Positions 43,893-52,442 of a DNA stretch of 64,000 bases are shown one piece after another. The DNA is from Alphaproteobacteria bacterium (lineage in GTDB: Bacteria; Pseudomonadota; Alphaproteobacteria; GCA-2746255). Location of the stretch: contig OZ252220.1 in the NCBI GenBank assembly GCA_965249135.1, positions 640,001-704,000 of the forward strand, written 5' to 3'. Numbering within the stretch: the stretch's first letter is position 1; every line of letters starts with the position of its first letter. The notes beneath the pieces were generated by a model. That model was not told the origin of the DNA, ran no database searches, and saw only the letters and a program-made list of their open reading frames with translations. A program made the translations under genes and the position numbers.

Positions 43893-43926
43893 CTTGCGCC
43901 TCCGACGTCAATGTCGGAGGCGCAAG
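43893..43926. terminator. Hairpin between convergent genes, probable terminator
   Basis: Perfect 14-bp stem CTTGCGCCTCCGAC/GTCGGAGGCGCAAG; no clear U tract. Confidence 0.6.
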
Positions 43927-43950
43927 GGTGTTCAGAATTTTGATAGAGAC

Positions 43951-44520
43951 TTAAGCGCTCGCGGCGATTTGGTGGACGCGCACGTGGTCGGCCTTATTCT
44001 TCGTCAGAATGTCGACCGCCTTCTGCCCATCCGCCGGCTCCCGCAGGTGGACCCAGAGTAAAATACCGCCACGCTCGAGCTGTTGCTCATAATGCTCGGC
44101 ATGTTCCGCGCCGATCTCGCCGGCCACGAGGCCCCCGAAGGTCCCGGCCAAGCCGCCGGCCGCCACGGCCGCACCGATCGCCGGCAGTAGCGCGCCACCC
44201 GTCGCGACGACGACGGCGCCGCCCGCGACAAGGGCCGCGATAAAGAGCGGGGCCCCGACCAGCGCCGCTTCCCCCACTTCGACCGAGTCACCCGAGATCC
44301 ACGCGATGCGGGGGGCCTCCGGATCGTCGGCGGCTTCCTCAGCCTTCTTATAGACATGGCCTAGTTTTCCCTTCACCGTCTTGTCGTGCGCCAGCAGGCT
44401 CAACTCCGACCGGTTGAACCCGGCGTCCTGCAGGTCGTCGATGGCCGATTCCAGGCATTCAACGGAATGAAAGGCGCCAACCGCTTCGTTTACGGTCTCG
44501 GTCGAACTCACCATGGACAT
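43951..44520 (-). CDS. Hypothetical membrane protein (general-stress-protein-like)
   Basis: AIDDLQDAGF..LSLLA, Gly/Ala-rich helix, YEQQLERGGILLWV. Confidence 0.75.
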   Translation of the reverse strand: MSMVSSTETVNEAVGAFHSVECLESAIDDLQDAGFNRSELSLLAHDKTVKGKLGHVYKKAEEAADDPEAPRIAWISGDSVEVGEAALVGAPLFIAALVAGGAVVVATGGALLPAIGAAVAAGGLAGTFGGLVAGEIGAEHAEHYEQQLERGGILLWVHLREPADGQKAVDILTKNKADHVRVHQIAASA

Positions 44521-44616
44521 TACCCCCGTTTGCTGCCAACCCTCTGGAAGCGTTAAGGCTGGCTCTTTTTATTTGGGCCATTATATCGCGTCTTCAAGGG
44601 GGCCGAAAGAAGCGAA

Positions 44617-45189
44617 ATGGAAGCGGGCAAGCGGGTCGAACAAGTCCTTGATTTCTGGTTCGCCGAGAAGGCCGCCGCCGGCCAGGCGGCGGCCTGGAAA
44701 TTGTGGTACCAAGCGGACCCCGGCTTCGATCGGGAAATCCGCGAACGTTTCCTTAACGATGTTGAACTGGCCGCCGCCGGCAAGCGTGACGGGTTCTCGC
44801 AAACGGCCCAGGGCGCGCTTGCCCTCATCCTCCTCCTCGACCAATTTCCCCGCAACCTCTTCCGTAACACGGCCCGCGCCTTCACCACGGATGGGAAGGC
44901 GCGAGCAACGGCCGAGCAGGCCCTTGCAAAAGGCTTCGATCGAGCGCTGCCCCTCGTCGAACACAGCTTCTTCTACCTTCCTTACATGCATAGCGAAAGC
45001 CGGGCGGACCAGCAGAAATGCATCGCCCTTTTCGAGGCACACGGGAACGCCAAATCGCTGGACTATGCAAGAAGGCATGCCGAAATCATTGAGCGTTTCG
45101 GTCGCTTTCCCCACCGCAATGCAATCCTGAGACGGGAAAGCACGAAGGAAGAATTGGAGTTCCTGAACAGGCCAAATTCCGGCTTTTGA
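44617..45189 (+). CDS. DUF924 family protein
   Basis: VLDFWF, LLDQFPRNLFR, YLPYMHSE and RFGRFPHRNAIL motifs. Confidence 0.92.
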   Translation: MEAGKRVEQVLDFWFAEKAAAGQAAAWKLWYQADPGFDREIRERFLNDVELAAAGKRDGFSQTAQGALALILLLDQFPRNLFRNTARAFTTDGKARATAEQALAKGFDRALPLVEHSFFYLPYMHSESRADQQKCIALFEAHGNAKSLDYARRHAEIIERFGRFPHRNAILRRESTKEELEFLNRPNSGF

Positions 45190-45208
45190 CGGAAGTGCTA
45201 GGAGGAAT

Positions 45209-45241
45209 AAAAAAGGGCGCCGAATGTTTCGGCGCCCTTTT
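45209..45241. terminator. Bidirectional terminator
   Basis: AAAAGGGCGCCGAA-TGT-TTCGGCGCCCTTTT between convergent genes. Confidence 0.85.
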
Positions 45242-45271
45242 CATTCATACAGATGGCAAACACTTCGGCGC

Positions 45272-45550
45272 TTACTTTGCCCCGCAAGGGTTGCAGCCTT
45301 TCGCCGCGCAGGGGTTTTTCGCCGCGCACGGATTCTTCGCCGCACATGGGTTCTTGCCTGCGCAAGGGCTACAGCCCTTCGCCGCACATGGGTTCTTGCC
45401 TGCGCAAGGGCTACAGCCCTTCGCCGCACATGGATTGCACGGGTTGCAGCCCGCGGCGGCGGGATTCGCCGTTGCCACGGCACCCGCCAAAAGGACTGCC
45501 GCGCCTAAGGCAACGGCGCCCTTCAAGGGAATTCGCTTTTTCAAAGACAT
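45272..45550 (-). CDS. Secreted Cys-rich NPCAAK-repeat peptide
   Basis: GGAGAGG ribosome-binding site, 33-aa signal peptide, 59-aa mature part with 13 Cys, own terminator. Confidence 0.85.
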   Translation of the reverse strand: MSLKKRIPLKGAVALGAAVLLAGAVATANPAAAGCNPCNPCAAKGCSPCAGKNPCAAKGCSPCAGKNPCAAKNPCAAKNPCAAKGCNPCGAK

Positions 45551-45805
45551 CGGCTTCCTCTCCCGATAGTTGGTGCTCCGATCTAGGAGCGATACGCGCG
45601 TTCTTGGTTGGAGTGACGCGCCTTTAAGATGCTCCTGACGAGGCTTGGGTTACAAGATACAAAAATGACGGCCACTTCGGTAGCGTGAAATCCTACCTTC
45701 GGAAAACATGGTTACTACTGAAATCCCGGTATCCCGCCCTTTTCCCAGATTTGGGGCGCCGATCACGGACTTGTCATCTCGAACCCGCCCCGGCATAAGG
45801 ACTGC

Positions 45806-46810
45806 ATGAAGAGGGGAATGATCGTTGCGGCGCTGGCCGGCTTGGTGGCGATAATTCTTCTTGTCGTCTATCGCGGTGTCGCGGAAGTCCTCGGCCCCCT
45901 TGTCGATGCCGGTTGGGGGCTCCTTTTAATCACCCTCTTCCATGCCATCCCCCTAACCCTCTCGGCAAAGGGCCTGCAGGTCTTGATCATCGGCCATCGA
46001 GCCGGGCTTCTGACCATTACGAACATTCGCTGGATACGCGAGGGGATCAGCAACCTGCTGCCGGTCGCCCAGGTGGGCGGCGATTTTGTTGGCGCCAGGC
46101 TTCTTACCTTTCATGGCATCCCAGGCGGCATGGCGGGTGGAAGCGCCGTCGTCAGCCTGACGATGGAAGTCCTGACCCAGTTCCTGTTCACGGTCTTAGG
46201 CTTCGGACTTCTTTTCCTCGTTCTGGGGGGGCGTGAATCGGAGGGGCTTTACTGGATTCTGCTTGGGCTTTTGACGGCCTTGCCGGTGCTCTTAGGGTTC
46301 GTCATCGCGCAACGGAGCGGCTTTTTCCGGCTGATCGAGCGGCTCTTCAACCGGATGACGAAAGACCTCGAGCTCGGATGGCTTGGAATCGGCGAGCTTC
46401 GCGGGCTGCACGAGGCGATTCAGACGATCTACCGCTCGCCGCGTGCCCTTGCCGGTAGTGCCCTCTATCACTTTTTTTCCTGGGTGATCGGCGCCGGCGA
46501 GGTCTGGATCGCCCTTTATTTCATGGGCTACCCGGTCAGCATCTGGGACGCGCTGATCCTTGAAAGCTTGAGCAAGGCCGTACGCAGCGCCGCCTTCATC
46601 GTGCCGGGTGGGCTCGGCGTGCAGGAGGGCGGCTTCATGCTGCTTGCCCCGTTGCTTGGGCTCACGCCCGAGGTGGGGCTTGCCCTTTCCCTTGCCAAGC
46701 GCGTGCGCGAGGTGGGGTTGGGGGTCCCCTCCCTCTTCGCTTGGCACGCCGTCGAAGGAAGGCGCCTTTGGCAGCGCCGCAATCCATCGGAAAAAACGGG
46801 CGGCGAGTAA
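45806..46810 (+). CDS. Lysylphosphatidylglycerol-synthase-TM/HpnL-like membrane protein
   Basis: RWIREGISNLLPVAQVGG, PGGLGVQEGG and LSLAKRVRE motifs. Confidence 0.8.
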   Translation: MKRGMIVAALAGLVAIILLVVYRGVAEVLGPLVDAGWGLLLITLFHAIPLTLSAKGLQVLIIGHRAGLLTITNIRWIREGISNLLPVAQVGGDFVGARLLTFHGIPGGMAGGSAVVSLTMEVLTQFLFTVLGFGLLFLVLGGRESEGLYWILLGLLTALPVLLGFVIAQRSGFFRLIERLFNRMTKDLELGWLGIGELRGLHEAIQTIYRSPRALAGSALYHFFSWVIGAGEVWIALYFMGYPVSIWDALILESLSKAVRSAAFIVPGGLGVQEGGFMLLAPLLGLTPEVGLALSLAKRVREVGLGVPSLFAWHAVEGRRLWQRRNPSEKTGGE

Positions 46811-46814
46811 CCGC

Positions 46815-47300
46815 TTATCGGCGATAGGCCGACACCGGCCGCCGGCCATCCGCCGTCGGCTGGTAGACGACACTGATCTCCTCGAAGGCCTCCAGCCATG
46901 CATCGGGCGACGCATGATCCGGCAGCTCGAAGGCGTCGAAGCCGCAGCGGAGCATGAAGAAGAGCTGGTCCCGAAGGACGTTGCCGACGGCGCGCAATTC
47001 GCCCGTAAAGCCGTGGCGTTCGCGCAAAATCCGGGCGGTGGAATAGGCCCGTCCATCCTTGAACAATGGGAACTCGAGCGCCACGAGATCGAAATGGGAA
47101 AGCGCATCGGCAATCGTTTCCGCCGCCTGATCGCTCCTAAGGCGAATGCCGAGCCGGCCGTCATGGGCAAGCAGTAAATCGCGATCCGCCTGCCAGCGTT
47201 CCAGCGTGACGATGACCGGGACTCCCTTCGGAAGCGGTGCGTCCTCGGCAACGAACGCCCAGGGATCCGCCTGCACGCCCTCGCGCCTAATGAGCGTCAT
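46815..47300 (-). CDS. DUF934 family protein (sulfite reductase-associated)
   Basis: FPLFKDGRAYSTARILR..GELRAVG..RCGFDAF motif. Confidence 0.9.
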   Translation of the reverse strand: MTLIRREGVQADPWAFVAEDAPLPKGVPVIVTLERWQADRDLLLAHDGRLGIRLRSDQAAETIADALSHFDLVALEFPLFKDGRAYSTARILRERHGFTGELRAVGNVLRDQLFFMLRCGFDAFELPDHASPDAWLEAFEEISVVYQPTADGRRPVSAYRR

Positions 47301-48942
47301 AGAGCCTCTCCTTGAACGGCTCGAGACCGACCCGGCGGTAGGTGTCGAGGAAACGCTCCCCGTTCTGCCGCTCGGTCAGATAGGTCTCAATCAGCGTCTC
47401 CACCGCATCGGGCACCGCATCGTAAGGAACGGCTGGCCCAACGATCGCGCCCAGCGAGGCGTCCTCCTCCGCATTGCCCCCTAAGGTGATCTGGTAGAAC
47501 TCCGCCCCCTTCTTGTCGACGCCAAGGATGCCGATATGGCCGACATGGTGATGACCGCAGGCGTTGATGCAGCCGGAGATCTTGATCTTCAGCTCGCCGA
47601 TGTCGTGCTGGCGATCGATATCCCGGAAGCGTTCGGTCAGGGCTTGAGCGATGGGGATGGAGCGCGCATTCGCCAGGTTGCAGAAATCGAGGCCCGGGCA
47701 GGTGATCGTGTCCGTAATGAGGCCGACGTTCGGTGTGGCAAGGGCCGCAGCCTTCAGAGTCTGCCAGATTTCATAGACGTCGTTAAGCCGGACGTGGGGC
47801 ACTACGAGGTTCTGTTCGTGAGTGACGCGCGTTTCGTCGAAGCTATGGCGCTCGGCCAAATCCGCGACCAGATCCATCTGCTCGGCGCTCGCATCCCCTG
47901 GCGCCTCGCCGATCCCCTTCAAGGAGATGTTGACGATGCCATAGCCCGGCACCTTATGGGGCGCCAGGTTCGTGCGGCACCACTCGGCAAACGCGCGGTC
48001 CTCGAACCGCATCGCCTCGAAGGCGGTCTGGGTCGCCTCCAGGGTTTCGTAAGGCGGCGGCGCGAAGAAGGTACGGATGTGTTCCACCTCTTCCGCCGGC
48101 AACACGAGCGCGCCGTCGCGGATGTGTTCCCATTCCGCCTCGACCATCTCGGCGAAGCGCTCAACGCCTACGCTCTGCACGAGGATCTTGATGCGCGCCT
48201 TGAACAAATTGTCCCGTCGGCCAAGCTGGTTATAGACGCGCAGGATCGCCTCCAGATAGGAAAGCAGGTCGCGTTTCGGGAGGAACTTGCGGATCGTCTC
48301 GCCGATGACCGGCGTGCGGCCCTGGCCGCCCCCCACCAGGACTTCGAACCCCGCCTCGCCCTTTGCATTCTGCCGCATGTGCAGGCCGATGTCGTGGACG
48401 CGCACGGCGGCACGGTCATGGGCGGCACCCGTCACCGCGATCTTGAACTTGCGGGGCAGGAAGGAAAATTCCGGGTGCAGTGTCGACCATTGGCGGATGA
48501 TCTCCGCATAGATCCGGGGGTCTTCGATCTCGTCCGCCGCCACCCCTGCGTACTGGTCCGCTGTCACGTTACGGATGCAGTTGCCGCTCGTCTGGATGGC
48601 GTGCATTTCGACGGAGGCAAGGTCCGCCAGGATGTCGGGCACGTCCTCAAGCTTCAGCCAGTTGAACTGGATGTTCTGCCGGGTCGTGAAATGGCCATAG
48701 CCTTTGTCGTATTCCCGCGCGATGTGGGCGAGTATACGCACCTGCTTCGACGAAAGCGTGCCGTAAGGAATCGCGATCCTGAGCATGTAGGCATGGAGCT
48801 GCAGATAAAGGCCGTTCATCAGCCGGACCGGACGGAACTCGTCTTCCGTGAGCTCGCCCTTCAGCCGGCGGACGACCTGCCCGCGAAACTGTTCGACGCG
48901 TTCCTGAACCAGCGTATGGTCGTATTCGTCGTACTGGTACAT
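47287..48942 (-). CDS. Sulfite/nitrite reductase hemoprotein (CysI-type)
   Basis: HFTTRQNIQ, TSGNCIRN, LPRKFKIA, CPGLDFC and SGCINACG motifs. Confidence 0.93.
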   Translation of the reverse strand: MYQYDEYDHTLVQERVEQFRGQVVRRLKGELTEDEFRPVRLMNGLYLQLHAYMLRIAIPYGTLSSKQVRILAHIAREYDKGYGHFTTRQNIQFNWLKLEDVPDILADLASVEMHAIQTSGNCIRNVTADQYAGVAADEIEDPRIYAEIIRQWSTLHPEFSFLPRKFKIAVTGAAHDRAAVRVHDIGLHMRQNAKGEAGFEVLVGGGQGRTPVIGETIRKFLPKRDLLSYLEAILRVYNQLGRRDNLFKARIKILVQSVGVERFAEMVEAEWEHIRDGALVLPAEEVEHIRTFFAPPPYETLEATQTAFEAMRFEDRAFAEWCRTNLAPHKVPGYGIVNISLKGIGEAPGDASAEQMDLVADLAERHSFDETRVTHEQNLVVPHVRLNDVYEIWQTLKAAALATPNVGLITDTITCPGLDFCNLANARSIPIAQALTERFRDIDRQHDIGELKIKISGCINACGHHHVGHIGILGVDKKGAEFYQITLGGNAEEDASLGAIVGPAVPYDAVPDAVETLIETYLTERQNGERFLDTYRRVGLEPFKERLYDAH

Positions 48943-48960
48943 TCGCTTAACGATGCTCCT

Positions 48961-49263
48961 TTAAGAATCGCGATCGGCCTGTTTGCCGAGATCGCGTCGT
49001 GTGGTCGGCCCTTTTGCGCGAATGCGCTCGCGCGCGCTTAAGGGTTTAAGTTTTCCTTCCACCTGCTCCACCTTCATCAAATAAATGCTCACCACCTCGC
49101 GCGCCTTCTCCGCCGCTTCGGCAACCTTCAGGAGCTCTTCCGCTTCTCCTTCCGTCTTTACGGCACAAGCCTCGTCGAGCCACAACGTCCACCGGCGCTC
49201 CACCGCCAGATAGACGACGTCTCCGTCGCGTAAGCGATTCGCCGTGACGACCTGAAGCGTCAT
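48961..49263 (-). CDS. DUF2849 family protein
   Basis: TANRLRDGDVVYL and RERIRAKGPT motifs; upstream of the reductase. Confidence 0.88.
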   Translation of the reverse strand: MTLQVVTANRLRDGDVVYLAVERRWTLWLDEACAVKTEGEAEELLKVAEAAEKAREVVSIYLMKVEQVEGKLKPLSARERIRAKGPTTRRDLGKQADRDS

Positions 49264-49375
49264 CCGCGCCTTGCTGCCTCGAATGGGTTGCCCGCGAGGC
49301 GTAAGGATGACTCCCGTTGCCGCCTCGCCTTCGATTTAGCGAATCTGGGCCTCCCATTCAAGCGGGCAACACCAG

Positions 49376-49490
49376 TATATTAGAAAACTTTTTCGTGATA
49401 TGGTTTTTTATGCTAAAAAATTAGTATATATTACTACTATTATTTTTATTTATAGAAATATTTCCTATTTCAGCAAATAGGACTTTTTTG
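49376..49490. promoter_or_regulatory. Very AT-rich divergent control region between the sulfite reductase operon and the Lrp regulator
   Basis: Long A/T-rich stretch in GC-rich DNA between divergent genes. Confidence 0.55.
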
Positions 49491-49504
49491 AAACGGGGCC
49501 CGTC

Positions 49505-50002
49505 ATGGACGCGATTGACCGCAAGTTGCTCGACTGCCTGCAGGCGGACGCGACGATGCCGCTCGCCGAAATCGCCGAGCACGTCGGCCTGTCCGCCACC
49601 CCTTGTTGGCGGCGAATCCAGAAGATGGAGGAAAACGGCATCATCTTAGGCCGCGTAGCACTCCTGGATGCGACGAAACTGAACGTCGGCGTCACCGTCT
49701 TCTTATCCATCAAGACCAGCCAGCATAACCGCGAATGGCTCGAAGAATTCGCCAACGCCGTCGTCGAAATGCCGGAGGTCGCCGAGTTCTACCGCATGAG
49801 CGGCGAGGTCGACTACCAGCTCCGCGTCGTCGTGCCCGACATCGCGGCTTACGACGCCTTTTACAAGCGGCTCATCGAAAAAGTGCCGTTGTCGGAAGTA
49901 AGTTCGAGCTTCGCGATGGAGCAGATCAAATACACGACGGCTCTGCCTCTAAGCTATGCGCGTATTTCGGACGCGTCCACCCGGGAAGCAGGCGGCAAGT
50001 GA
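49505..50002 (+). CDS. Lrp/AsnC family regulator (DecR-like)
   Basis: IDRKLL..VGLSATPCWRRI, YRMSGEVDY and AMEQIKYTT motifs. Confidence 0.92.
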   Translation: MDAIDRKLLDCLQADATMPLAEIAEHVGLSATPCWRRIQKMEENGIILGRVALLDATKLNVGVTVFLSIKTSQHNREWLEEFANAVVEMPEVAEFYRMSGEVDYQLRVVVPDIAAYDAFYKRLIEKVPLSEVSSSFAMEQIKYTTALPLSYARISDASTREAGGK

Positions 50003-50008
50003 TCCGCA

Positions 50009-50332
50009 TCATTTTTCGTGTCTCGGGCCGATCTGCGAGAACACCCAGATGGCCGCCGTCTCCTTGTTGAAGGCGGTGCTCTGCTGGCGCTTCGATCGGG
50101 TTTCGTTCAGCTTGCCAAGGATGTCATCCGGATCGTCCGCCTCGACCTCATACAAGGCGAGATAGTTGTGGGCGCTTTTCGCCCATTGCTCATCCGTGAG
50201 CTTGAAGCGTTGGGCGCCTTCCCAATCCGTCGTGGCGAGGATCTCATCCAGGTGAAGGTCCTCGTACCAGCGGTTGAATTCCGCTTCCTCTCCTTTGGTC
50301 GGGTTGCTGAAGATGAGCACCAGATGTTTCAT
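50009..50332 (-). CDS. Hypothetical protein (EthD/DUF4286-like alpha-beta barrel)
   Basis: EAEFNRWY..HL..AQRF..YLALYE pattern. Confidence 0.7.
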   Translation of the reverse strand: MKHLVLIFSNPTKGEEAEFNRWYEDLHLDEILATTDWEGAQRFKLTDEQWAKSAHNYLALYEVEADDPDDILGKLNETRSKRQQSTAFNKETAAIWVFSQIGPRHEK

Positions 50333-50458
50333 CGGGGGTTCCTTCCTATGCCAATCGTTTCCGCGATGGATGGTTCAACACTTGTAGCGGGCCGATTCAG
50401 GCTACATTATTACGTCCAGTGAGACTATCCGAAGGACTGAAAAAAGGGGAAGCGGAAG

Positions 50459-51093
50459 ATGACACCCTGGGAAATCAAAGCGCGCGAATTCAGCAACTGC
50501 AACTGTGCCTATGGCTGCCCCTGCCAATTCAACGCACTGCCGACCTACGGCGATTGCCAGGCGGTGGCCGGAATGGAAATCGACGAAGGGCATTACGGCG
50601 ACGTCCGTCTCGACGGATTGCTATTCGCGGCCATTTTTTTCTGGCCGAAGGCGATTCACGAAGGAAAGGGCAAATGTCAGCCGATCGTGGACGTGCGCGC
50701 CGACGCGCAGCAACGCGAAGCCCTGCTTAAGATCGTATCGGGCGAAGACACGGACCCCTTCGCCACGGTGTTCGCGGTTTTTGCCTCCACGATGGAGATC
50801 GTTTACCCCCCCCCTTGTTTAAGCCGATCGACTTCGAAGTCGATATCGCAGTGCGAACAGGCAAGCTTTTTATCGATGGCCTGATCGATTCCCGCGGCGA
50901 GCCTATCCGCGACCAGAGCACCGGCAAAGAATTGCGTGCCCGCATCGAACTTCCGGATGGATTCGAATACACGATCGCCGAAATGGGCAGCGCCTCCAGC
51001 ACGACCCAGGGCGAAATCGCGCTCAATTTGAAGGACAGCTACGGCCAGTTCGCCCATCTGCATCTCAACAACCATGGCGTGATTCGGGCTTAA
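50459..51093 (+). pseudogene. DUF1326 family protein, frameshifted at a C9 tract (50806-50814)
   Basis: CNCAYGCPC..GDC N-terminus; second half continues in another frame; followed by its usual DUF2182 partner. Confidence 0.82.
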
Positions 51094-51107
51094 AGCCGGG
51101 TAATCCC

Positions 51108-51950
51108 ATGGCCGGCGACCTCGACATCGTCCTGGAAAAGGCCCTGAAGCGCGATCAATGGATCGCTGGCTTCGGTCTTGCCCTTCTTTTTCTCTTCGCC
51201 TGGGCCTATTTGCTTGGCGGCGCCGGCTTAGGCATGTCGCTGGCCCAGATGACACTGGCCTCCTTCTTCCCGCATCTGCAACCGACGCTGGCCATGGGCG
51301 CGAATGTCGTCATGGCGCCCGGTGAGTGGAGCGTCGCATACACGTTTCTGATGATCGCCATGTGGTGGGTCATGATGATCGCTATGATGACGCCGAGTGC
51401 GGGGCCCATCATCCTTTTGCAAGCACGCGTCGCCCGAAGGACCGAGGCCAAGGGCAAGGAAGGGCTTGCCCTTGGCAAGACAGGCGCCTTCGCCGGCGGC
51501 TACCTTCTGGCCTGGCTCGCCTTTTCCTTATCCGCGGTTTTTCTGCAATGGGCGTTCGAGGCGACCGGTGCCGTCTCCGCTACAAGTATGGGATCGCAAA
51601 GTGCCTGGCTCTCGGCCCCCATCCTGTTTGCGGCCGGTCTCTACCAGCTCTCGCCAATGAAGGACGTGTGTCTCCGCCATTGCCGGGCGCCGGCTGAGTT
51701 TCTGTCGCGCCACTGGCGCCCCGGCCAGCTGGGCGCCATCCGGTTGGGCCTGCTGCATGGCGCCTATTGCGTCGGGTGCTGCTGGGCCTTGATGATACTT
51801 CTTTTTGTGGGCGGCGTCATGAACCCGATCTGGATCGTGGCCCTTGCCGCCATCGTGCTGCTTGAAAAAATCGGCCCCCGCGGCCCTTCGTTCGGCAAAG
51901 CCGGCGGGGTGCTTCTGATTGCCTGGGGCGGGGCGACGCTGCTCGTCTGA
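51108..51950 (+). CDS. DUF2182 metal-binding integral membrane protein
   Basis: MWWVMMIAMMTPS, AGLYQLSP.K..CL.HC and YCVGCCWALM motifs. Confidence 0.9.
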   Translation: MAGDLDIVLEKALKRDQWIAGFGLALLFLFAWAYLLGGAGLGMSLAQMTLASFFPHLQPTLAMGANVVMAPGEWSVAYTFLMIAMWWVMMIAMMTPSAGPIILLQARVARRTEAKGKEGLALGKTGAFAGGYLLAWLAFSLSAVFLQWAFEATGAVSATSMGSQSAWLSAPILFAAGLYQLSPMKDVCLRHCRAPAEFLSRHWRPGQLGAIRLGLLHGAYCVGCCWALMILLFVGGVMNPIWIVALAAIVLLEKIGPRGPSFGKAGGVLLIAWGGATLLV

Positions 51951-52124
51951 TCCTGGTGGCGGTGGCTGCTTTGGACATTGGAGGACAGCATCCCAACCGG
52001 ATGGGACCTTCGATAGGCACAGGTTACAGCCAAATATTGGGGTGGTTTTTGGAAGCGGAATGCTTCTTGATGATAGGGTTCTGGCTGAAGATCAACGCGC
52101 CCGCTGGGTCGATGGCATCTATAG

Positions 52125-52376
52125 ATGAAACTTGAAAACCAGGTCATCCGGATTGAGGACATCTACGTGCCCGTTAAGCGGCACAAGACGCTCAATCCGG
52201 AGACCGTGAATGAAATTGCCAATAGTATGCTGGAGGTTGGCCAGCTGGCGCCGATCCTAATTCGTAGAGATAAGGAACGTTATATCCTTGTGGAAGGCCT
52301 TCATCGATTGGAGGCGTGCAAGGCGGTCGGCGAAGAGACGATCCTTGCCCTCTTGGTTCAGGCTCGCAAATATTAA
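52125..52376 (+). CDS. Small ParB/Srx N-terminal domain protein
   Basis: GQLAPILIR..LVEGLHRLEA motif. Confidence 0.8.
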   Translation: MKLENQVIRIEDIYVPVKRHKTLNPETVNEIANSMLEVGQLAPILIRRDKERYILVEGLHRLEACKAVGEETILALLVQARKY

Positions 52377-52389
52377 GCCAAAATTGAGG

Positions 52390-52422
52390 TGGCGGAGCAG
52401 GCAGTCAGATGCATACCCGTCC
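52390..52422 (+). repeat. Core-only copy of the TGGCGG-N5-GCAGTC..CCCGTC site
   Basis: TGGCGGAGCAGGCAGTCAGATGCATACCCGTC aligns without gaps to the cores at 53812 and 55523. Confidence 0.65.
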
Positions 52423-52442
52423 ACGTCGCGCGCCCTTCCCGC

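Noticed and set aside
45290-45450. Short repeats that might suggest a CRISPR array
   Set aside because: They are coding repeats of the Cys-rich peptide; no unique spacers and no cas genes
45677-45688. TTCGGTAGCGTG resembling an RfaH ops site
   Set aside because: Imperfect match, precedes a single gene unrelated to the polysaccharide operon
47536-49041. 501-aa + strand ORF, and similar long ORFs at 21411, 25689, 35488 and 39067
   Set aside because: All lie opposite well-supported genes and show no domain signal
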